This document shows positions 9,858-18,764 of a stretch of 64,000 bases of DNA, one piece after another (position 1 is the first letter of the stretch; each line of letters opens with the position of its first letter). The notes under the pieces are model-generated. The model worked only from the letters and a program-made list of their open reading frames with translations. It was not told where the DNA came from and made no database searches. The DNA comes from Candidatus Uhrbacteria bacterium GW2011_GWE2_46_68 (GTDB taxonomy: Bacteria > Patescibacteriota > Patescibacteriia > UBA9934 > GWF2-40-263). Position numbers and translations under genes: made by a program. The DNA is taken from positions 4,662-68,661 of the forward strand of contig LCMS01000001.1 in the NCBI GenBank assembly GCA_001002765.1, in the 5' to 3' direction.

Positions 9858-9891
9858 CCGTTCCGTTCGTCTCCGTTCCTACGTTATACGC

Positions 9892-9950
9892 GAGCCCCTT
9901 GTCTTTGTTCACACTTCGGTGTGTTCATTGACCAGGGGCTCTTGTTGTTT
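9892..9950 (+). terminator. Long 3' hairpin / terminator
   Basis: GAGCCCCT...AGGGGCTC with CACAC-TTCG-GTGTG apex and T-rich tail. Confidence 0.6.
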
Positions 9951-9967
9951 TCAAGGTTGATGATCCG

Positions 9968-10017
9968 GTAGGGGCGAACGGCCGTTCGCCCCTACCGTAC
10001 CGGCCGTTCGCCCCTAC
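9968..10017. repeat. GTAG-type REP-like palindrome (full plus partial)
   Basis: Full 28-mer at 9968-9995, half copy 10001-10017. Confidence 0.85.
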
Positions 10018-10023
10018 GATTCA

Positions 10024-10052
10024 TTGACATTTTTGCCAAAATATGGTAAAAA
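10024..10052 (+). promoter_or_regulatory. Possible sigma70-type promoter
   Basis: TTGACA-17nt-TAAAAA with extended TG. Confidence 0.45.
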
Positions 10053-10219
10053 CTTAGGCCAATTTTGGCTGAAAATATCGCTGATTTGACATAAAAACCT
10101 CTGGTTTAGGGATTTTTATGTCAGGTCAGTTCAGAGGTTCCTTCCACCATCGTGCGTTACGACCTGGCGCGCGATATTTCCAACAATGACCCGACCCCCA
10201 ACCCTCAAGGGAGGTTTCC

Positions 10220-12955
10220 ATGCGTCTTTTTCTGTGTGGTCTCTTTCTCATCTCCGGCTGCGAGTTTTTCGGCCCGGCCAGCGTTTTCGACGACACCAAG
10301 CCCGATGATTCGGGCACTATCGACACCGGTGCCCCCTGCGAAGAGCAGGCCTGGTACCGCGACAGCGACGGCGATGGGTACGGCATCTCGGTTTCCGAAA
10401 CCTGGGCCTGTGAGGCCCCCGAAGGCTTCGTGGCCAACGGCAAGGACTGCGATGACGACGACCCTGCGGTCAACCCCGGAGCGGTCGAAGTCTGCAACGG
10501 GATCGATGACAACTGCGACGGTGAGATCGACAACGATCCCGACGGCGACGACATCTGGTACATCGACGCGGACAGCGATGGCTACGGCAACCCGGACATG
10601 GCCCAGGACTGCGATGGCTATGACTGGTTCGTGAGCCAGGCGGGCGACTGCAACGATCTCGACCCCGCGGTCAACCCCGCGGCCACCGAGCTGTGCGACG
10701 AAGTCGACAACGACTGCGACGACACGATCGACGAGGATGATGCGGCCGATGCCACGCCCTGGTACGAGGACTTCGATGGCGATCTCTACGGCAACCTTGC
10801 CGTGGTGCGTGACGCCTGTGCGGAGCCCGAGGGCTACGTGGCCGACGCAACCGACTGCGATGACACGGACGCGGGTGTGAACCCCGACGCCAGCGAGTTC
10901 TGCGACGAGAAGGACAACAACTGCAACAGCGAAGTGGACGAGGGTGTGACCCTCACCTTCTACGCCGATGCTGATGCCGATCTCTACGGCGACGTGGGCA
11001 ACACCACGGAGGCCTGCCTCCTGACCGACGGCTACACCGAGGACGCAACCGACTGCGATGACGATGATCCCGCGGTCAACCCCGGCGCGGTCGAAGACTG
11101 CAATGGCATGGATGACGACTGCAACGGCGAAGTGGACGAGGGCGTGACCCTCACCTTCTACGTCGATGTCGACGCCGATCTCTATGGCGACGCGATGGTC
11201 TACGTCGAGTCCTGCGAAGCCCCCACGGGCTATGTCGCGGACGCGACCGACTGCAACGATGCCACGGCAAGCGCCTACCCGGGCGCTGACGAGTACTGCG
11301 ACACCCTCGACAACGACTGCGACAGCGTGGTCGACGAGAGCGACGCGATCGATGCCGGCGACTGGTTCGCGGATGCGGATGGCGACCTCTACGGTGATGT
11401 GACCATGGCCTTGCGCGCCTGCATGGCGCCCATGGGCTATGTCGCGGACGCGACCGACTGCAACGATGACACTGCGAGCGCCTACCCCGGCGCCAGTGAG
11501 TACTGCGACACCCTCGACAACGACTGCGACAGCGTGGTCGACGAGAGCGACGCGATCGATGCCCCGACCTGGTACACCGATCTGGACACGGACGGCTACG
11601 GCGACGCGATCACGGCCACCTTCTCTTGCACCGCCCCTGCGGGCATGATCGAGGACGGCACGGACTGCGATGACCTGGACCGTTCGGTTCATCCCAATGC
11701 CACCGAATTCTGTGATGAGATGGACAATGACTGCGATGGCCTGGTCGACGAAGAGCGGGGCAACCTGTTTTTCGCCGATGCGGATGGCGACGGTTTCGGT
11801 GACCCCTCGGTCTCTTCGGAGGCCTGTGCGGCTCCCTTGACCTATGTCGCTGACGACACGGACTGCGATGACACCGACGCGGGTGTGAATCCCGGCGCCG
11901 ACGAGCTCTGCAACGGGCTCGATGACGACTGCGATGGCACGCTGGACGAGGATGCCACGGAAATGAGCGCCTGGTACCTGGACTACGACAACGATTCCTT
12001 TGGGAATTGGATGGCGCAGACCTGGTCGTGTGATCAGCCCGCAGGCTATGTGGCTGACGCCACGGACTGCAATGATCTTCTCTCCTCGGTTTTCCCAAGC
12101 GCCTCCGAGACCTGCAACGGGCTCGATGACGACTGCGACGGCACCACCGATGAGGGGGTGAAGACCACTTTCTACGCGGATGCGGACGCGGACGGCTACG
12201 GCAACGTGGCTGTGACCGAGGAAGCTTGCGATCCCTCCGAAGGGTTCGTCTATGATTCCACGGACTGCGACGATGCCGATGTGGATGTGAACCCCGGCGC
12301 CGACGAGTTCTGCAACAGCCTCGATGACAACTGTGATGGCACGGTGGACGAGGATGATGCGGTCGACGCCCCGACCTGGTACGCGGACAGTGATCTCGAC
12401 CTCTACGGTGATGAGAACAACACCCTGGAGGTGTGCACCGCTCCCGCGGGCTACATCGCCGACGCGACCGACTGCGATGACACCGATGATCTCGTGAACC
12501 CCGAGGGGATCGAGATCTGCGATGACACGATCGACAACGACTGCGACGGGGACACCGACCTTTCCGACGAGTGCCTCTATGAAGGAACCTACACGGGAAC
12601 CTTCGAGGCCGATGTTACCTTGACCGCCTTCGGGATCACGGACACCTGTGAGGGTGCTGTGGAGCTCGATGTTGCGATCGACGGGGAGCCCATGATCTTC
12701 GGTGAGGCGTCATGTGCCTTCTCGGGATTGTTCGCCACCTATTACGCTGACGACATCATCGGCGCGATCGAGGGAGACATCTTCTCGGACATGGATGCCG
12801 AGGGCGATCTCTACGATGACGACGAGATCTTCTCGTCCATCTGGACCGGGATTTTCGACACCGATGAGCTCGACGCCACGTTTGTGGGTGAGGGTACCCT
12901 CCTTGGGTACGCCTACACCTATGACGGGACGTTCGAGACGATTTACACGCCCTAG
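10220..12955 (+). CDS. Putative lipoprotein with 11 MopE-related metal-binding repeats
   Basis: Lipobox-like LISGC; (W/F)Y.D.D.DGYG...DC(D/N)D...NPGA.E.C...D.DCDG units; GGGAGG SD. Confidence 0.9.
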   Translation: MRLFLCGLFLISGCEFFGPASVFDDTKPDDSGTIDTGAPCEEQAWYRDSDGDGYGISVSETWACEAPEGFVANGKDCDDDDPAVNPGAVEVCNGIDDNCDGEIDNDPDGDDIWYIDADSDGYGNPDMAQDCDGYDWFVSQAGDCNDLDPAVNPAATELCDEVDNDCDDTIDEDDAADATPWYEDFDGDLYGNLAVVRDACAEPEGYVADATDCDDTDAGVNPDASEFCDEKDNNCNSEVDEGVTLTFYADADADLYGDVGNTTEACLLTDGYTEDATDCDDDDPAVNPGAVEDCNGMDDDCNGEVDEGVTLTFYVDVDADLYGDAMVYVESCEAPTGYVADATDCNDATASAYPGADEYCDTLDNDCDSVVDESDAIDAGDWFADADGDLYGDVTMALRACMAPMGYVADATDCNDDTASAYPGASEYCDTLDNDCDSVVDESDAIDAPTWYTDLDTDGYGDAITATFSCTAPAGMIEDGTDCDDLDRSVHPNATEFCDEMDNDCDGLVDEERGNLFFADADGDGFGDPSVSSEACAAPLTYVADDTDCDDTDAGVNPGADELCNGLDDDCDGTLDEDATEMSAWYLDYDNDSFGNWMAQTWSCDQPAGYVADATDCNDLLSSVFPSASETCNGLDDDCDGTTDEGVKTTFYADADADGYGNVAVTEEACDPSEGFVYDSTDCDDADVDVNPGADEFCNSLDDNCDGTVDEDDAVDAPTWYADSDLDLYGDENNTLEVCTAPAGYIADATDCDDTDDLVNPEGIEICDDTIDNDCDGDTDLSDECLYEGTYTGTFEADVTLTAFGITDTCEGAVELDVAIDGEPMIFGEASCAFSGLFATYYADDIIGAIEGDIFSDMDAEGDLYDDDEIFSSIWTGIFDTDELDATFVGEGTLLGYAYTYDGTFETIYTP

Positions 12956-12982
12956 CTACGGCTATAGGAGGCGGATAACACG

Positions 12983-13014
12983 AAGCGGCAGCTGACGACC
13001 AGCGCCGCTTTTTT
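12983..13014 (+). terminator. Intrinsic terminator
   Basis: AAGCGGC...GCCGCTT-TTTT. Confidence 0.7.
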
Positions 13015-13026
13015 CGTTGAGAAGTA

Positions 13027-13222
13027 GGGGTCAGGTCCGGACATCGGACTTTTTGGAGAGACAATGAAAATTTAACGCATTTTTTACTTTTTTTAGAAGA
13101 TATTCATCACTTTTTTATCCATCAATGCATTAAAACTGAAAAAATATAAGGAGCATTTTCCTCAAAATAAGAGAAGTATTTTTGATCTTTCTTGAAAAAG
13201 TCCGATGTCCGGACCTGACCCC
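13027..13222. mobile_element. MITE-like element with perfect 28-bp terminal inverted repeats
   Basis: GGGGTCAGGTCCGGACATCGGACTTTTT at 13027-13054 and its reverse complement at 13195-13222; AT-rich interior. Confidence 0.65.
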
Positions 13223-13260
13223 ACAACCCGATTTGTTTTGTGCTACAATACACTTAAGAT

Positions 13261-14814
13261 ATGGTGGAATTTCGATCTCTTTACGCCCACGCGGAGGAAC
13301 ATATCACATTGCTCACTTTTGGATTATTCATCCTGCTTGGAGCTTTGCTTATTTTGCAAAGCTTATTTTCTCCATTTTTGATTTTGTCGATCCTTCTTGT
13401 GATCGGCTTTTTTATTTTGAGTTTTTATCGCCCGTTGTGGACCCTTGCCTTTGTTGCCATCTATCTTCCTTTTGAAAGTGTGCTCCTTAAGTTTATTCCC
13501 GAGGATATTTATGTGTTCGCGCGTTACTTTTCCGAAGGGCTTATTTATCTTCTTTGCGCGGTCGTTCTTTGGCATATCCTTTCAGGAAAAATAAAACTAC
13601 GACACACACCGATCGATTTTCCTTTCATCTTATTCGTGATTATTCTTCTTTCCTCCGCACTTATTAATGTTGTAGAACCCACCGTAGCCGTTTTAGGAAT
13701 CCGTCAGATCATTCGGTTCATTCTGGTTTTTTATCTTGTCTCTTACCTGCGTCCGTCCAAAACCTATATCAAACGCCTCACCGCCGCGATGTTTGCGGTT
13801 GTATTGGGAGAATCTCTCATCGGCATCACCCAGTCGTTTGTTGGAGAATCTATGGACGCTTTTTTACTGCCTTCGGACATGCGTTCGCTTGGAGACATCA
13901 CTCTTACTTCGGGTGTTTCCCAATTTTGGGATCCTGGGTCGCGAGTATTCGCCACTCTTGGACGTTATGATCGCCTTGGAAATTTTCTTTATTTGTTCCT
14001 TTTGATGGGCGTGGGATTCTTGTATGAGGCGCGCAGTTGGGTGGATCGTCGACAATTATGGCTTCTTTTTGCTTTGGGGCTTCCCGCTTTGCTGCTCACG
14101 TATTCCCGTTCATCTTGGTTTGCATTTTTGTTCGGGTTTTTATTTGTGAGCCTTTGGATCAAACGTGATCGTCGCGTGGCGATTGCGTTTGCCGGATTTT
14201 TGATTGTGATCGCCTCTTATCTCACACTCACTGGATTACAAGTACGATTCATCACCGAGGCTCCGGGGCAAACCTTGACCGAACGTTTTTATGAGACGTT
14301 TAGTTATGCCAGGTGGCGAGGGGAATATATCGGACTTGGACGTGTATTTTGGTTCGTGCAGACGATCACGACCGTGGTGCCTGCATCTCCGTTGTTTGGA
14401 TTTGGTCCGGGACAATATGGTGGAGGAGCCGTGGCTGCACTTGGAAACGCGGTGGTATATGAGAGGTTGGGATTACCCTATGGCGTGTTTGGCACCGAAG
14501 GCATGATTGATAACAATTGGTTTTCTCTGTGGGGAGAAAGTGGAACGCTCGGCATCATTTTTTACGGATGGATGTATATCGGACTTTTTCTTTATGCCTT
14601 GCGCGTCTATCATCGCAGTCAAGACCCGACCGTTCGTGCTATGGCCATGGGACTTGCGGCCATACTTCTTGGCGTGGGATTCAATGCGTTTACATCGACC
14701 GTTTTGGAAATTCGTACGCTTGCATTTTATCTTTGGCTCTACGCGGGCTTTTTGTATGTGTTGGATCAAAAACGTCCGCGTGCGAAACATCGTCGCTTAA
14801 AAGAGGAGATATGA
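13261..14814 (+). CDS. O-antigen ligase/Wzy-like polytopic membrane protein
   Basis: Multiple TMs, LLTYSRSSW, GFGPGQY, DNNW...ESGTLG. Confidence 0.85.
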   Translation: MVEFRSLYAHAEEHITLLTFGLFILLGALLILQSLFSPFLILSILLVIGFFILSFYRPLWTLAFVAIYLPFESVLLKFIPEDIYVFARYFSEGLIYLLCAVVLWHILSGKIKLRHTPIDFPFILFVIILLSSALINVVEPTVAVLGIRQIIRFILVFYLVSYLRPSKTYIKRLTAAMFAVVLGESLIGITQSFVGESMDAFLLPSDMRSLGDITLTSGVSQFWDPGSRVFATLGRYDRLGNFLYLFLLMGVGFLYEARSWVDRRQLWLLFALGLPALLLTYSRSSWFAFLFGFLFVSLWIKRDRRVAIAFAGFLIVIASYLTLTGLQVRFITEAPGQTLTERFYETFSYARWRGEYIGLGRVFWFVQTITTVVPASPLFGFGPGQYGGGAVAALGNAVVYERLGLPYGVFGTEGMIDNNWFSLWGESGTLGIIFYGWMYIGLFLYALRVYHRSQDPTVRAMAMGLAAILLGVGFNAFTSTVLEIRTLAFYLWLYAGFLYVLDQKRPRAKHRRLKEEI

Positions 14815-16031
14815 AGATGATCATGGCCAATAAATTTTATTATCTTCGAGGCGGAGCAGAACGTTATCTTCTTGATGTTTCCAAGCGTTTGGAAGCGCAA
14901 GGCCATGAGATCATTCCCTTTGCCATGAAGGATGTACAGAATCTGGAAACTCCTTACGAACGATTTTTCGTAAGCCAAGTGGAAACGCAGCGCACACGTT
15001 TTGATTGGCAAGGTTTGCGCACCTTTGGCCGGATGCTTTATTCGTTTGAGGCGAAAAAAAAGATGAACGCTTTGATCAAAGAAGTACAACCGGATTTTTG
15101 CCACATCCATAATATTTATGGTCAAATTTCTCCTTCGATTCTTGATGCGCTTCAAAAAAATAAAATTCCCGTGGTCATGACCGTACACGATCACCATTTG
15201 GTTTCACCCGCCTACAATGTGTGGGCACAGGGGTGTGGGTCTCAAGATATTCCGCGTGGAGTAGTGCGAGCGACTTTTTCTCGTTTTCATAAAGATTCCT
15301 TGGTTGCCAGTTTCGCTCAAGTTCTCGCCTTTCGTTTGCACGAGATGATGGGAATCTACAAACACAAAGTTGATTTGTTTCTTTGCCCATCTGTATATAT
15401 GCGCAGCCGATTGATCGCGACAGGATTTGCCGCGGAAAAAATTCGTGTGTTGCATAATCCCGTGGAAACGGAACGTATTTTGCCGTCTTATCAACATCGC
15501 GGATATTTTTTGTTTGTAGGTCGATTGTCGCCTGAAAAAGGCGGGGCCACTATTTTGCGTCTTGCAAGGTTTTTGCCAAATATCCATTTTAAAATTGTAG
15601 GCAGCGGGCCTGAACAGGAAAAATTGGAACAAAAAGGAAGGGGGCTTAGTAATGTGGAGTTTTTGGGATTTCGCATAGGGGATGCCTTGCAAGAGTTGTA
15701 TCATGGGGCGATCGCGGTTTTGATTCCCTCACGCGTGCAAGACAATTTTCCCTTTACTGCGCTTGAAGCGCATGCATCGGGAAAGCCGGTGATCGGGAGC
15801 GAAGTGGGAGGAATGGGAGAGATTGTACAAGATCGCGTGACCGGGTTTTTGGTAAAGCCTTTGGATTTGCATGGATGGAGTGAGGCTGTAATGCGCCTTT
15901 GGTATGACGACGATTTACAACAACAAATGTCCAAGGCTGCGCGAGAATGGGTAGAAAAACGATTCACCATTCGTGCGCATGATGAACAATTGATGAGGTT
16001 ATATGAGGAGGTAAGGAGAAAAATAAAGTAA
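14811..16031 (+). CDS. Glycosyltransferase family 4
   Basis: GGAERY, FVGRLSPEKG, DNFPFTALEA; start moved to ATG 14811 (ATGA overlap). Confidence 0.9.
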   Translation: MKMIMANKFYYLRGGAERYLLDVSKRLEAQGHEIIPFAMKDVQNLETPYERFFVSQVETQRTRFDWQGLRTFGRMLYSFEAKKKMNALIKEVQPDFCHIHNIYGQISPSILDALQKNKIPVVMTVHDHHLVSPAYNVWAQGCGSQDIPRGVVRATFSRFHKDSLVASFAQVLAFRLHEMMGIYKHKVDLFLCPSVYMRSRLIATGFAAEKIRVLHNPVETERILPSYQHRGYFLFVGRLSPEKGGATILRLARFLPNIHFKIVGSGPEQEKLEQKGRGLSNVEFLGFRIGDALQELYHGAIAVLIPSRVQDNFPFTALEAHASGKPVIGSEVGGMGEIVQDRVTGFLVKPLDLHGWSEAVMRLWYDDDLQQQMSKAAREWVEKRFTIRAHDEQLMRLYEEVRRKIK

Positions 16032-16033
16032 AT

Positions 16034-16066
16034 CAAAATCCCCGAGATTTTTCTCGGGGATTTTTT
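16034..16066. terminator. Bidirectional terminator
   Basis: AAAATCCCCGAGA-ttt-TCTCGGGGATTTT type hairpin between convergent GT genes. Confidence 0.7.
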
Positions 16067-16076
16067 GATTAAACGG

Positions 16077-17231
16077 TTAAGATGCGCTCTTTTCCACGAT
16101 CGGCTCCATACAGGATATCTCGTAGAGATAAGCGGTCTTTTGGGCAATATCTCGCCAATCATAGTGAGTTGCCACATAAGTCCGTGCTTCAACTCCGACT
16201 GCTTTCACAAGGTCAGGATGGGTGATCAGCATCTTCAAATGTCCGGCAAGATCATCCACATTATTGGTTTGAAAGGTAAGTCCGGCTTCATCGGTTAATT
16301 CTCGGTTTTCCGGAATATCCGAAGAAAGCACACACTTGCCATAGCCCATGGCTTCCAAAACCGCGATCGGAAGACCTTCAGATTCAGAGGGGTGCACAAC
16401 TGCATAGGAAAAACGAAAGAGAGCGTGGAGCACCGGGCCGGTCTGTGTTCCTGTAAAGACAATTGAGGGGTCATTTTGCGCAAGCGCATGAAGCTCGCGG
16501 ATATAATCCTCGGTAAACGCACTTCCTCCTACAATTGCCAATTTTTTTTGTCCCACAAGTTGAGGCTCATGTGCACGAAGGATCTTCCAAGCTTTGATAA
16601 GCGTGTGAGCCCCTTTATGGCGCACAAGGCGAGAACACATCATGAGATATTCATTTGGAACCAAATCATAGTCTTTGAGGTAAGAAGGGTCTGCATCTTC
16701 CAAGGGGATTTGGGTTCCGTTTGGAATATAGATCGCATGGATTCCATAGCGTTTTTGACAGTATGTTTGGAGAGTTTTGGAGACAACAATGGTGGCGTCA
16801 GGAATACGGCAAGCCATCCATTCTCCAAGCCAAAGCATAAGGCGCGCAAAGGCATTCCATTTTTGATGATGGCGATCCACGCAGTGAAAGGTCACGATCA
16901 CCTTAGCGGAAGGACGTAAGATTTTCGGAAGCCAGGCAAGAAGAGCTGGGCCCACACCATGGATATGAAACACATCCACCTTTTCGCGGGATGCGCGGAG
17001 AATGGAAGTGAAGGTATGGGTAATGGCGTCCAAGTGTTTGGTTTTGATACAGGGAGTTTCTAAACAACGGATTCCACAATAATTGTCCTGCGCCTGTGCA
17101 TACCAACGACGACAAAACACCAAAACCTCATGGCCTTGTTTGACGAGCATCTTGGACAACTCTTCCACATGGCGCTCAATACCGCCGGCATGGGAAGGAA
17201 TGCCCTTTTGTCCGATCATGGCTATCTTCAT
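16077..17231 (-). CDS. Glycosyltransferase family 4
   Basis: MKIAMIGQKGIP..GGIERH, SEGLPIAVLEAM. Confidence 0.92.
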   Translation of the reverse strand: MKIAMIGQKGIPSHAGGIERHVEELSKMLVKQGHEVLVFCRRWYAQAQDNYCGIRCLETPCIKTKHLDAITHTFTSILRASREKVDVFHIHGVGPALLAWLPKILRPSAKVIVTFHCVDRHHQKWNAFARLMLWLGEWMACRIPDATIVVSKTLQTYCQKRYGIHAIYIPNGTQIPLEDADPSYLKDYDLVPNEYLMMCSRLVRHKGAHTLIKAWKILRAHEPQLVGQKKLAIVGGSAFTEDYIRELHALAQNDPSIVFTGTQTGPVLHALFRFSYAVVHPSESEGLPIAVLEAMGYGKCVLSSDIPENRELTDEAGLTFQTNNVDDLAGHLKMLITHPDLVKAVGVEARTYVATHYDWRDIAQKTAYLYEISCMEPIVEKSAS

Positions 17232-17327
17232 AAAACAGGTTATATTAGCAAAAAATAGGCATTTTGTCAATCGTTTGAGGTGGATAACATCAAAAAATAA
17301 GGGGAAAAGCCCATGTTTTTCAATACG

Positions 17328-17375
17328 GTAGGGGCGAACGGCCGTCTGTAGGGGCGAACGGCCGTTCGCCCCTAC
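17328..17375. repeat. GTAG-type REP-like palindrome (partial plus full)
   Basis: Full 28-mer at 17348-17375. Confidence 0.85.
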
Positions 17376-17454
17376 GTAATACCCCTCGATTGACCGGTCA
17401 ATTATGTTTTGTTACGGTAGTCAACCTTGTTCTTTCAAAACAGGAGAGTGAACC

Positions 17455-18687
17455 GTGGGAAAAACAAATCAAAAAACGCGCGGACTGGGATTTTTGATTC
17501 TCCTTCCAAAGTTCATACCTAAGATTTTTGGTTTTCTTTTCAAGTTTCTAAAGATGGCAAAAGGATTCAAGATCGGTATGGCCGTAGCAACTTTCGGCAG
17601 CTATACCTGGCTGTTTAGCTGGCAGTTCGCATTGCTTCTCATGGGAAGCATCTTTTTTCACGAACTCGGGCATATTCGCGCCATGAAGGCCTACGGAATG
17701 AAAACCAAGGGAGTCTATTTTCTTCCATTTTTGGGAGCCGCGGCCGTAACCGAGGATCAATTTTCCTCTCGTCACACTGAGGCTGTTATCGGTCTTTGGG
17801 GTCCTGTTTGGGGACTTATCCTTTCCATGATTTTTTTTGACATCTATGCGTGGACGGGAAGTCCGCTTATGGCCGGGATTGCCGGATGGTGTGCGCTTGT
17901 GAATCTTTTCAATTTGCTCCCGATCAAACCTCTTGATGGAGGGAGGATTGTGTCTTCGATCGCGTTTTCGTTTTCCAGGCGCACGGGAATGACTGTTATG
18001 CTCGCCGGGCTTAGTCTTGCCTTTATCCTTGCAATAGTCACAAAGATCAGTATCTTTCCTCTGATCGTTTTTATCGGTTTTTTGGAGGTGTTGAGCGAGT
18101 GGAGAGATATTCCGGACGTTCGTGGTTTGCGAGAATCTTTGAGGGAAAAGGTGAAGACCGTGATTGGCTGTGATCCGGACGCTCCTAAAAATGAGATTTT
18201 GAAGAGAATGTTTGAATCAAACATATCCGAAACATTTTCCAATTTTCCCCTTGAGACAAGAGAACATATCCGGGAAATTGTGGGATCAGAAAAACTGACC
18301 TTGGAGAATTTTGTACAGCTCAAATACACAGAGGACGTTTCCGGGGCGTTGTTGCACGTCGTTTACACACAGGTCGAATTAAAGATGTTGACTCTTCTTC
18401 TTGAGGCAAATGTAAGAAAGCGTTGGAGATTTTTCAGGATGTTTCATTGCGACCCCAAACTTCTGCGTGATACCGTCTTGCAGAGCAGTTTTGCTGAAGC
18501 GTTTTTCGGTATTCTAAACGGTACTTTTGAACTCTCGCAAAAGACTTCAAGGCCTCTTATGGACACCAAGTCCATTGTCGTCACGATCGCCGGAACGATG
18601 ATAGTTATCGCTCTTCTTATCAGCATCATCTATTTGTCTGCCATTGATCCAGGATCCATGGTCGCGCTCCGGATTCTTCAAAGCTAG
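17455..18687 (+). CDS. Site-2 protease (M50) family protein with C-terminal extension
   Basis: HELGH, GP, NLLPIKPLDGGR; GTG start after CAGGAG; promoter TTGACC-17-TACGGT at 17390-17418. Confidence 0.85.
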   Translation: MGKTNQKTRGLGFLILLPKFIPKIFGFLFKFLKMAKGFKIGMAVATFGSYTWLFSWQFALLLMGSIFFHELGHIRAMKAYGMKTKGVYFLPFLGAAAVTEDQFSSRHTEAVIGLWGPVWGLILSMIFFDIYAWTGSPLMAGIAGWCALVNLFNLLPIKPLDGGRIVSSIAFSFSRRTGMTVMLAGLSLAFILAIVTKISIFPLIVFIGFLEVLSEWRDIPDVRGLRESLREKVKTVIGCDPDAPKNEILKRMFESNISETFSNFPLETREHIREIVGSEKLTLENFVQLKYTEDVSGALLHVVYTQVELKMLTLLLEANVRKRWRFFRMFHCDPKLLRDTVLQSSFAEAFFGILNGTFELSQKTSRPLMDTKSIVVTIAGTMIVIALLISIIYLSAIDPGSMVALRILQS

Positions 18688-18764
18688 AACACCCCACGCT
18701 CGGGTGTTTTTTTGTAGACGATTTATCTGTTATTCTGTAAGGGTCATTCTTTCAATTATTTTTT

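Noticed and set aside
4988-11692. Long minus-strand ORFs (4988-6241, 7947-9587, 10205-11692)
   Set aside because: Antisense shadows of high-GC3 genes; the plus-strand ORFs have the SD, signal peptides and recognisable repeats.
5075-12955. Simple contaminant or chimeric contig explaining the high-GC genes
   Set aside because: GC drops between the genes, and those spacers contain repeat families shared with the rest of the window. Not fully excluded without reads.
7538-17375. CRISPR array from the recurring 28-bp palindrome
   Set aside because: Copies are dispersed over kilobases without regular spacers, and there are no cas genes; they fit REPs.
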